A stretch of DNA of 32,056 bases from an uncultured Candidatus Saccharibacteria bacterium (GTDB lineage Bacteria; Patescibacteriota; Saccharimonadia; Saccharimonadales; JAGQNJ01), in NCBI GenBank assembly GCA_964603625.1, contig CAZRVM010000002.1, positions 31,935-63,990 on the forward strand, given 5' to 3'. Numbering within the stretch: the stretch's first letter is position 1; every line of letters begins with the position of its first letter. Of this stretch, positions 24,913 to 32,056 are shown piece by piece. Under the pieces are notes generated by a model. It ran no database searches and was not told the origin of the DNA. It saw nothing but the letters and a program-made list of their open reading frames with translations. A program made the position numbers and the translations under genes.

Positions 24913-25617
24913 ATGATAGATTTATTCAAAGTAGAAAGGCAGCTCTTAAAAATTGGTTTCAAAAATAAATTTTTTGGAAAGCCGGAAGTCAGGGAGTTGT
25001 GTCAAATTTTAACTCCGGACGAAGTTATAAGGCATGCAGTGATTGGGCATTACGAAGGGGGTTTTGCAATTCTTGTGGCTACCGATCTTAGAGTTCTTTT
25101 AATAGATAAAAAGATTTGGTTTTTAACTATGGAAGATATACGCTACGATATGATAGCCGAAGTTGATTTTTGTGCCAGGTTAATAGATGCGACAATCTCA
25201 ATAGTAACCTTTAACAAAACATTGGTTTTTAACAGTTGGCGTAAACAGTATTTAAGAGAACTATCTAAATTTGTACAACAGCGTGTAACTGAGATAAGAC
25301 ATATTGAGGCATCTTGGAACGAACTACAAAATACCAATATGTATGAGCCCGTTTCATTGCAGACCCTGCCTGCTACTAATGCTAGTAATCAGCAATATCT
25401 TACACAAACGCCAGTAAATAATTTTAGTAATAATTTAAATAGCGAAGAAAGCTTTTTAACCAGCTACCAACAAGCACAGGTGAAGATGCATTCGTTAGCT
25501 CATTTAGCCGGCAAGTTAGCTACTCAAGATTTTAACCGTCAAAAACCTTTAATTAGACCGCTATATCCTAGACCATCGCTGGCAACTCACTATAAACAAG
25601 GCGGTTTGAGGAATTAG
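24913..25617 (+). CDS. Bacterial PH-domain (YokE-like) protein with a Q/N/S-rich C-terminal half
   Basis: Strong SD (ggaaggagggg). ILTPDEVIRHAVIGHYEGGFAILVATDLRVLLIDKK resembles bacterial PH-domain proteins, from memory. Confidence 0.55.
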   Translation: MIDLFKVERQLLKIGFKNKFFGKPEVRELCQILTPDEVIRHAVIGHYEGGFAILVATDLRVLLIDKKIWFLTMEDIRYDMIAEVDFCARLIDATISIVTFNKTLVFNSWRKQYLRELSKFVQQRVTEIRHIEASWNELQNTNMYEPVSLQTLPATNASNQQYLTQTPVNNFSNNLNSEESFLTSYQQAQVKMHSLAHLAGKLATQDFNRQKPLIRPLYPRPSLATHYKQGGLRN

Positions 25618-25656
25618 GTAGGTAATTGATTATTTAATTTAAAATATCGTTTTTAA

Positions 25657-26736
25657 TTAAACATTAAATCTGAATTCAACCACATCGTTGGGTTGCATAA
25701 TGTAATTCTTGCCTTCTGTGCGAATTTTGCCTGCAGTTTTGGCTAAAGCTTCAGAACCTGCCGAAATGAGATCTGGAAAACTGATGATTTGAGCCGAAAT
25801 AAAGCCTCGTTCAAAATCACCGTGGATTACTCCTGCAGCTTGAGGAGCGGTCGAGCCTTTTTTGATTGTCCAGGCTTTCACTTCTTTTTCTCCAGCTGTT
25901 AAATAACTTTGAAGTTCAAGTACTTCATAGGCCGAATGAATTAATTGTTCAAGGCCAGAAGATTTTATGCCGTAGCTTTCAAGTAATTCGTGTTTTTCTG
26001 ATTCATCTAGTGTTTTGAGTTCTTCTTCTAATTTGGCGCAAATAAAAATGCATTGGTTTGGTGCAACGAGTTGAGTCAGCTCATTTATCTTAGAACTATT
26101 GCTTAGAGTATCCTCATCTACATTAAAAACATAGATTACAGGTTTGACAGTTAACAAATGCAAATCATTAACTTCCTGAATTTCATCTGCCTGCAATACA
26201 TTTCGGGCAAGGATACCTTTATTTAAAGACTCTTTAAGTTGTTGTAGCTTATCTACACTTTTTTGAAGTTTGGAGTTTGCTCTAGCTTCTTTGGTAAGTT
26301 TTGGTAAGCGTTTTTCTATAGTTTGAAGATCGGCTAAAATTAGCTCGGTATTAATAATGTCTATGTCTCTTTTAGGATTCAAATCAACATCAACATGTGT
26401 TACGTCACTGTCTGAAAATGCACGAACTAGATGACAAATGGCATTGCATTCTCGAATATTGGCCAAGAACTGATTACCTAAACCTTCACCTTTGCTTGCG
26501 CCAGCAACCAACCCAGCAATATCAACAAAGGTTACGGTGGCAGGAACGATTTTTTGGCTACCATATAATTTGGCTAATTTGTTAAGGCGTGCATCGGGTA
26601 TGGGTACAATCCCAGTATTTGGTTCAATGGTTGCAAACGGGTAGTTTGCAGCTAAAATATTATTATTAGTTAAAGCGTTAAAAAGTGTTGATTTGCCAAC
26701 ATTGGGCAAACCAACTATACCTATTGATAAGCTCAT
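25657..26736 (-). CDS. ychF: Ribosome-binding ATPase YchF
   Basis: IGIVGLPNVGKSTLFNALT, a TGS-like C-terminus and GDFERGFI. Confidence 0.95.
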   Translation of the reverse strand: MSLSIGIVGLPNVGKSTLFNALTNNNILAANYPFATIEPNTGIVPIPDARLNKLAKLYGSQKIVPATVTFVDIAGLVAGASKGEGLGNQFLANIRECNAICHLVRAFSDSDVTHVDVDLNPKRDIDIINTELILADLQTIEKRLPKLTKEARANSKLQKSVDKLQQLKESLNKGILARNVLQADEIQEVNDLHLLTVKPVIYVFNVDEDTLSNSSKINELTQLVAPNQCIFICAKLEEELKTLDESEKHELLESYGIKSSGLEQLIHSAYEVLELQSYLTAGEKEVKAWTIKKGSTAPQAAGVIHGDFERGFISAQIISFPDLISAGSEALAKTAGKIRTEGKNYIMQPNDVVEFRFNV

Positions 26737-26743
26737 AGTTTAT

Positions 26744-26752
26744 AGTATAACA
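26744..26752 (-). promoter_or_regulatory. Extended -10 (TGtTATACT, reverse strand) 7 nt upstream of the ychF ATG
   Basis: The reverse complement reads cTGtTATACTataaacATG. Confidence 0.4.
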
Positions 26753-26833
26753 GAGGTAAGATATTTTATGCATACATTAATTTTTAGTTTTGTAAGAAAT
26801 TATGAAATAAGTTTTTAATATTTTGCTTATGCT

Positions 26834-26842
26834 TGGTATAAT
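26834..26842 (+). promoter_or_regulatory. Extended -10 (TGgTATAAT) 11 nt upstream of cassette gene A1
   Basis: gcttatgctTGgTATAATcttaattaaatATGAGTGATG. Confidence 0.45.
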
Positions 26843-26853
26843 CTTAATTAAAT

Positions 26854-27318
26854 ATGAGTGATGCGGCAACATTCAATAACTCAGATTCAGAATCGGGTAA
26901 TGGTATGCATAGAAATAAAAAGATTATTTTAGCTGTTGTAGTGTTTATTGCCGTTTTCAGTTGGCTTGCCTGGAGCTTAACTCACAAAAAATCAGAGACA
27001 AACCAAGTTACAAATAATAATAGAAATTCTGGTGTAGTGGTATCTACGCCAACTCCAGAGCAAATCCAATCGGCCAAAGAGAACATCGGTACTTCAGGTA
27101 ACATAGTTTCTATTAACACAGATGCTAAAAAGATTACTCTAAAGATTACTGACACCTCTCAGCAGACTGAGTTCGCCTATACTGATAAAACTACCATACA
27201 TAAAGGAATTTCTAATGAAACCGTAACATTAGCCGATCTCAAACCAAACTTAGTTGTAAGCTTATCTTTTGAAGACACGCCCGATGGCAAGATAGCTAAA
27301 GATATATGGTACCAATAA
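26854..27318 (+). CDS. Cassette protein A1: small signal-anchored protein with a ~90-aa beta-rich ectodomain
   Basis: 154 aa with one TM helix (IILAVVVFIAVFSWLAWSL). Paralog of 29582..30040. Confidence 0.7.
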   Translation: MSDAATFNNSDSESGNGMHRNKKIILAVVVFIAVFSWLAWSLTHKKSETNQVTNNNRNSGVVVSTPTPEQIQSAKENIGTSGNIVSINTDAKKITLKITDTSQQTEFAYTDKTTIHKGISNETVTLADLKPNLVVSLSFEDTPDGKIAKDIWYQ

Positions 27319-29528
27319 TGAAGTTCATAAAGAAAGCAGCCCTATTAACCATTGTAAGCCTAATTAGCTTATTCCTTATGCAGTTAATCTTAATTGGTAA
27401 GGCAAGTGCAGCACCACTAGCTACTAGTTCACAACTAGAAAATATAAAGTCTTTATATATTCCAATGAAAGATTACCCAATAATTGGCTCAAACTGGCCA
27501 TCTAGAAATGAAGATGGCTGTGGAGGTTCAAAAGACCAACATAAAGTGTTTCCATGGCTAGGACAATACGATAACGAAGACGAAACTGATGGCAACCCAC
27601 TAGGTACAGGCAATCACTTAAATGAAGCCGGCAATTGCTCAAACAAATACCTAGATGGCGGTACCAATACAGCTCCACTCTACACTTCTCTAGCTGGTCC
27701 ATGGATTGACCCTACCGCTTATGCTGCTTGGGCGAATGGCAACGGTATGGGTCCTAATTGGAAGCCTCCAGTAGACACAACAGGTTGCGAAACAGACTCC
27801 GATGTAGTAAACCCATCATTTACCCAAAAGCATATTTGGGGGCAATGTGATATTGATATGACTAATCAATCTAGTGCTTTATTTAGCCGTATTGGTGCAC
27901 CCTATACTCCGAGTAACGATGGTAGAAACCTGTATTCTAATGGCTCAACATTATTTGTGCAGAAGTTTAATGTAACCGCTGAACAATTAAGCGTACTCGC
28001 AGACTTAAGCTATACACTAGATTTTAATGCTCAAGCTGATGATTTTTTTGCAGTGTATATTAACGGGGTTTTTGTTGGTGGTAGTACTGATACAGCAGCC
28101 GAAACTCAGTTAGCAGGTATAAATGTAACTAATATAATTAAAGAAGGAGAAAATGTATTAGCAATACAAGTTATTGATAAGGCTGTTTGGGTACAAGATG
28201 GTGATACTGAAACTCATAAATGGCGTGATGCAGGAATTGCATATGAACTAAATTTGACTCCAAGATCTTCTCAGGTTTATGATCTTGAACCAAGCTTTGA
28301 AATAGGTATAGGTGATAAAAAAGTTTATTTTAAGGTTAAAAATAACGGTGGTGGAGAATCTGTAAAGTCTGACGGGAAGGGAGTTACGGTTAAGAGGTAT
28401 GTCAAAATAAAAGGTGTAGAATATGTAATTAGCCCAGACGCAACTGATCAAAAAATTCTCGGAGGGAAAACGAATAATTATGATTTTGTTATACCTGCAA
28501 CCATAAACTTGACTCCTGGCGATGAAGTCTGTGCTTACATATCGGTTTCTCCTGCTTCAGGGGTAACTGGAGGAAATATCACTGTACCAGAAAGATCTAG
28601 TGGCAGTAGGACAAGTCCAATTTGCGAGACTATTTCTTCTAGACCTTATTTTAGAGCTTATGGGAGTGATGTGGTTGCAGGCAGAAGGTTTAAAAGTGCT
28701 TCTAATCTCTGTCGAGTCGATAATCAATATATTCGTGCTTATAATATTGGTTCTGGTACTAACTGGTCTGGTTCTGGTGTGCAATTTGCTGCAAGTGCTA
28801 CAGGCATTATTAATGGCTTTATGTCGGTTAGTATGCATAGTGGCTCTACTGGAACCGATGAAATTCCCAAACCAAACTCTGGTCTTACATTTAGTAATAC
28901 AGTCCCAAATAATCTAGGTAACGATGAAGGTGCTTACGCTGGCTGTATGGGTGATTATAAGACTCTAGCTGATAATATTATTAGTAATAGTAACGGTAGT
29001 ATTAACTGGGTAGGCAGTAGAACGATTTCTAGTTCGGCAGACTTAACTAATAATATGTTATTTGTGAATGGGAATTTAACTATTAATGGAAATATTGATT
29101 CAGAAAATACAACCTACAGTAAACTTAGTGATGTAAGAACTAACTTAATTGTTGTAATGGGTAATATCTATATAAAATCAAATGTAGCTAATTTAGATGG
29201 ATTATTTGTAGCATTGCCAGATGGCGGTATGGGGGGAGGAGGAGTTATAAACACTTGTGGCACTACTTTAGATCCGCCTGTTGCTGGTGAATGCGATAGT
29301 TCATTAACGGTTAACGGCGCATTCTTGGCTGATAGGGTATTGCTTAATAGGCTTCATGGAGATATCAATAGTGCTACTGAAAAAGAAGCGGACGATAGCA
29401 CTAAAATGGCCGAAAAATTCATCTTTACGCCAGACTTTTACTTGGGTTTACTAAATACTAAAAACACTCCACCGCAAATCGGCTCTTATAAATACGATTC
29501 AATTAGTAATTTACCACCTGTTCTCTAA
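27318..29528 (+). CDS. Cassette protein B1: secreted Cys-rich multidomain protein (~736 aa)
   Basis: The ORF track starts at 27306. Alignment to B2 (MKFIKKAALL vs MKSLKKLLFF) favours the ATG at 27318, which overlaps the A1 stop (TAATG). It has a Sec signal peptide with an ASA|AP site. Domain signatures are listed in the findings. Confidence 0.8.
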   Translation: MKFIKKAALLTIVSLISLFLMQLILIGKASAAPLATSSQLENIKSLYIPMKDYPIIGSNWPSRNEDGCGGSKDQHKVFPWLGQYDNEDETDGNPLGTGNHLNEAGNCSNKYLDGGTNTAPLYTSLAGPWIDPTAYAAWANGNGMGPNWKPPVDTTGCETDSDVVNPSFTQKHIWGQCDIDMTNQSSALFSRIGAPYTPSNDGRNLYSNGSTLFVQKFNVTAEQLSVLADLSYTLDFNAQADDFFAVYINGVFVGGSTDTAAETQLAGINVTNIIKEGENVLAIQVIDKAVWVQDGDTETHKWRDAGIAYELNLTPRSSQVYDLEPSFEIGIGDKKVYFKVKNNGGGESVKSDGKGVTVKRYVKIKGVEYVISPDATDQKILGGKTNNYDFVIPATINLTPGDEVCAYISVSPASGVTGGNITVPERSSGSRTSPICETISSRPYFRAYGSDVVAGRRFKSASNLCRVDNQYIRAYNIGSGTNWSGSGVQFAASATGIINGFMSVSMHSGSTGTDEIPKPNSGLTFSNTVPNNLGNDEGAYAGCMGDYKTLADNIISNSNGSINWVGSRTISSSADLTNNMLFVNGNLTINGNIDSENTTYSKLSDVRTNLIVVMGNIYIKSNVANLDGLFVALPDGGMGGGGVINTCGTTLDPPVAGECDSSLTVNGAFLADRVLLNRLHGDINSATEKEADDSTKMAEKFIFTPDFYLGLLNTKNTPPQIGSYKYDSISNLPPVL

Positions 29529-29555
29529 AGCTATAAATAGTTTGGCTATCTAGCT
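29529..29555 (+). terminator. Weak hairpin after the B1 stop
   Basis: AGCTA (29529..29533) pairs with TAGCT (29551..29555) and ATAG (29537..29540) pairs with CTAT (29546..29549). It is AT-rich, and only a partly T-rich tract follows. Confidence 0.25.
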
Positions 29556-29561
29556 TATGAT

Positions 29562-29570
29562 TGTTATAAT
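29562..29570 (+). promoter_or_regulatory. Extended -10 (TGtTATAAT) 11 nt upstream of cassette gene A2
   Basis: gcttatgatTGtTATAATttacgataagtATGAGTGATG. Spacing is the same as in copy 1. Confidence 0.45.
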
Positions 29571-29581
29571 TTACGATAAGT

Positions 29582-30040
29582 ATGAGTGATGTAGTTGCGT
29601 TTAATGACTCAGATTCTATAAAAAAGAGCATTCGTAATAAGAAGTTAGTCATTGCTGTAGTGGTTTTAATACTTATCTTGGTCGGATTATTAGCTTGGGC
29701 TTTGACTCATAAAAAACCAATAAAAAAACAAACACCAAATAGTTTGAATTCGAGTAACGTGATAGCCAAGCCAACTCCAGAACAAATCAAACTAGCCAAA
29801 GAGAACATAGGAACATCTGGTAAGATAGTTTCTATTAATACAAATACTAAAACAATTACATTAAAAAAAGCAGATAACTCCCAAGTAGATTACATATATA
29901 ACGATAAGTCTACTGTACATAAGAGTGTATCTAACTTAGATGCCAGTTTTTCTGACCTCAAAGAGGGTTTAGACGTAAGTCTATCTTATGAAGAAACAAG
30001 CAATGGAAATATTGTTAAAGATGTATGGTATCTAAAATGA
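29582..30040 (+). CDS. Cassette protein A2 (paralog of A1)
   Basis: 152 aa with the same architecture. Shared blocks are MSD..FN.SDS, AW.LTHKK, PTPEQI..AKENIGTSG.IVSINT and VSLS.E.T..G.I.KD.WY. Confidence 0.7.
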   Translation: MSDVVAFNDSDSIKKSIRNKKLVIAVVVLILILVGLLAWALTHKKPIKKQTPNSLNSSNVIAKPTPEQIKLAKENIGTSGKIVSINTNTKTITLKKADNSQVDYIYNDKSTVHKSVSNLDASFSDLKEGLDVSLSYEETSNGNIVKDVWYLK

Positions 30041-32056
30041 AATCACTAAAGAAACTACTATTCTTTGCTATATATAGCCTACTAGTATTAAGTTTTAGCC
30101 AAGTAGTACTAAGCACAAAAGCTCACGCTGCTACCCTTGCAAGTAGTTCAGATCCAGTCATTAAATCACTCTATATTAAAATGAGCGACTACCCAATAAA
30201 TGGCTCTAACTGGCCATCTAGATACAACGATGGCTGTGGTGGTTCACCAGCTTACCCACTAAAAGTATTTCCATGGCTAGGGCAATACCAAGATGAAGAT
30301 ATATACGATGGAGATCCACTAGGAACAGGCAATTACATAGACGAAGTAGGAAATTGCTCCAACAAATATCTTGATGGTGGGACAAATACAACCCCACTTT
30401 ACACTTCACTTGCAGGTCCATGGATTAGTCCAGCTGCTTTAGGTGGATGGGCTAACGGTGGTGGAGGTGGCTGGGGAGCGCCAGTAGATACTCAGGCGGG
30501 GGGGTGTATTGTTGACTCTGATGTATTAAGACCAGGTTTTACTCAAGCACATTTATGGGGAAGTTGTGACCTAGACTACACAAATCAATCCGATGCTTTG
30601 TATAGCAAAATTAGCGTTCCTTTTAAGGATGATTCATCTGATCCTGGTTTTGACGGTATGAGTCTTTACTCAAATGGTACGACCTTGTTTTATCAAGAGT
30701 TTAATCTAACTAATGCTCAACTAAATGCTTTAAATAATAACACGGAGAGTCTATATTTAGATATACAAGCAGATGATTGGTTTGTGGCTTACATAAACGG
30801 AGTTAATATAGCTGGTCACCAAGTTTCTGCTGAGCCAAGAAGAATTACCATTGCCGATACTAGTACACTTGTTGCTGGTACTAATAAATTAGCTATTCAA
30901 GTAATTGACAAAGCAGTCTGGATTGATAGTGTTAGCAACCCCTTGCAATTATCCCGTAACTCAGGTGTTTCTTACCAATTAAGTACTATTTCAAATTCCG
31001 CAGTTAGATATGATTTGGATCCAGATTATACTATTTCACCAGACGGTAGGACTATAGACTTTAGTGTTGTTAATAGTGGGGGTGGCACTTCTAGAAAAGC
31101 AGATGGATTTGGAGTAACTGTAACTAGAGAAGTATATATAAATAATTTTCCAATCTCTTTGCAACCTCCAGTAATGAATGACCAACAGATCGTTGGTGGA
31201 GAAAACAAGCCCTATCAATATTTATTACCAAACACCATTACTTTAAATGTCGGTGACGATGTTTGTGCATACATTAAGGTAGAACCGGCTTCTGGTATTA
31301 CAGATGGTGCTGTAGATAGTTCAATAGCGGAGAAGATTAAAGAGGCTAGTAAGTGTGTAACTATTAGCTCCAAACCCTACTTTAGAGCCTACGGTAATGA
31401 TGTAATAGTAGGTAGAAACTTTGCTAATCCTTCTGGCTGTATTGTGAATAGTGGTGTTAAGCAATCTATACGAGCATTTAATTCTAATTCAGGTTCTGGT
31501 TGGTCTGGAGCAGGCGTACAATTTGCCGCAAGTGCTACTGGTATAATAGATCACTTTATGTCGGCTAGTATGCATAGTGGCTCTCCTGGAACCGATGATA
31601 TTCCCAAACCAAATGCTGGACTTACATTTAGCAATACAGATTCAGATAATCTAGGTAACGACGAAGGAGCTTACAAAGGCTGTATGGGCGACTACAAGTC
31701 TCTAGCAAACGACATTGTTGCAAAGGGCATAGATAGCTGGAAGGATGCTTCAAATTTTACACTTTACTCGGGTAATTTGAACGAATTAGATGATCATATT
31801 TTATTGATTAAAGGAAACTTATACATTAATACAAATATACCTAGTAGCCCTACAGGTGATCCAAGCTACTCAAGTATTAGCGATATTAAAACTAACTTAA
31901 TAATTGTACAAGGTAATATTTTCATATCCCCAGTAATAAAAGATATAGACGGATTATTCATAGCACTAAAAGATAGTAACTCTGGTCTTGGGGGCGTTAT
32001 TAATACCTGTGGAAATACTGATACACCAGTTGGTAATTGCAAGAGTGAATCTTTAA
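30037..32056 (+). CDS. Cassette protein B2 (paralog of B1), 5' 673 codons; the 3' end lies beyond the window
   Basis: Absent from the ORF track because no stop occurs in the window. The ATG at 30037 overlaps the A2 stop (ATGA). I translated the frame by hand to 32055 and found no stop. The signal peptide ends AHA|AT. It is collinear with B1 throughout. Confidence 0.8.
   Translation, partial: MKSLKKLLFFAIYSLLVLSFSQVVLSTKAHAATLASSSDPVIKSLYIKMSDYPINGSNWPSRYNDGCGGSPAYPLKVFPWLGQYQDEDIYDGDPLGTGNYIDEVGNCSNKYLDGGTNTTPLYTSLAGPWISPAALGGWANGGGGGWGAPVDTQAGGCIVDSDVLRPGFTQAHLWGSCDLDYTNQSDALYSKISVPFKDDSSDPGFDGMSLYSNGTTLFYQEFNLTNAQLNALNNNTESLYLDIQADDWFVAYINGVNIAGHQVSAEPRRITIADTSTLVAGTNKLAIQVIDKAVWIDSVSNPLQLSRNSGVSYQLSTISNSAVRYDLDPDYTISPDGRTIDFSVVNSGGGTSRKADGFGVTVTREVYINNFPISLQPPVMNDQQIVGGENKPYQYLLPNTITLNVGDDVCAYIKVEPASGITDGAVDSSIAEKIKEASKCVTISSKPYFRAYGNDVIVGRNFANPSGCIVNSGVKQSIRAFNSNSGSGWSGAGVQFAASATGIIDHFMSASMHSGSPGTDDIPKPNAGLTFSNTDSDNLGNDEGAYKGCMGDYKSLANDIVAKGIDSWKDASNFTLYSGNLNELDDHILLIKGNLYINTNIPSSPTGDPSYSSISDIKTNLIIVQGNIFISPVIKDIDGLFIALKDSNSGLGGVINTCGNTDTPVGNCKSESL

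Larger units (their letters stand above)
26827..32056 (+). repeat. Tandem duplication of a ~2.73-kb promoter + two-gene unit (copy 1 ~26827..29554, copy 2 ~29555..beyond the window)
   Basis: Promoter, start codon context, both ORFs and the gene overlaps are collinear between copies. Protein identity is about half by eye, with islands of much higher nucleotide identity. Confidence 0.85.

Noticed and set aside
27306-27317. Longer B1 start (ATG 27306) given by the ORF track.
   Set aside because: The extra MVPI residues have no counterpart in B2. The ATG at 27318 gives a typical signal-peptide N-terminus (MKFIKK) and reproduces the stop/start overlap seen in copy 2.
27502-27702. Conserved antisense ORF pair (27502..27702 and 30218..30421, both 66-67 aa, both starting MD...) at equivalent positions inside B1 and B2.
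   Set aside because: They lie opposite the best-conserved N-terminal part of the B genes, so their similarity is explained by sense-strand conservation. They have no promoter or SD and an implausible Cys/Leu/His-rich composition. They would only be worth a look if antisense transcription were observed.
1-32056. Alternative genetic code with TGA as a sense codon, as in some candidate phyla.
   Set aside because: TGA terminates fpg, rpsF and A2 exactly where the homologs or paralogs end. No conserved gene shows an in-frame TGA.
1-32056. tRNA, rRNA, CRISPR arrays, transposases or integrases flanking the duplicated cassette.
   Set aside because: All intergenic gaps are 224 nt or shorter, and none folds into a cloverleaf by eye. 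There are no spaced direct repeats. No ORF has recombinase or transposase motifs. The duplication looks like a plain tandem duplication rather than a mobile element.

Overview
AT-rich, very compact bacterial chromosome segment using the standard code (TGA ends fpg, rpsF and other conserved genes at the expected length). About 26.7 kb is core housekeeping in a Gram-positive/Actinobacteria-like order: partial P-type ATPase(-), polA, 81-aa ORF(-), fpg, holA, rpsT(-), degenerate DHH-like protein, truB, two small divergent ORFs, rpsO, pnp, two tiny membrane ORFs, family-4-like UDG, RNase J, acidic ORF, ftsK, membrane metallopeptidase(-), rpsF-ssb-(membrane ORF)-rpsR, 107-aa ORF, efp, tlyA, beta-lactamase-fold protein, crp(-), PH-domain protein, ychF(-). 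Tight packing, overlapping genes, no ribF between truB and rpsO, and long low-complexity tails on housekeeping proteins fit a reduced-genome lineage such as Patescibacteria/CPR, possibly Saccharibacteria; this is inference only. I saw no rRNA, tRNA, CRISPR array, transposase or integrase. The accessory part is the last ~5.2 kb: a tandem duplication of a two-gene cassette, a small signal-anchored protein translationally coupled to a ~735-aa secreted, Cys-rich multidomain protein. The second large gene runs off the window and is missing from the ORF track. Neither protein matches a family I can name, so this is the best candidate for an undescribed surface or attachment system. A second window-wide signal is that most first-in-unit genes have a (TGn)TATAAT-like element only 6-11 nt upstream of the ATG and no Shine-Dalgarno, implying leaderless mRNAs, while internal and ribosomal-protein genes keep strong SD sites.
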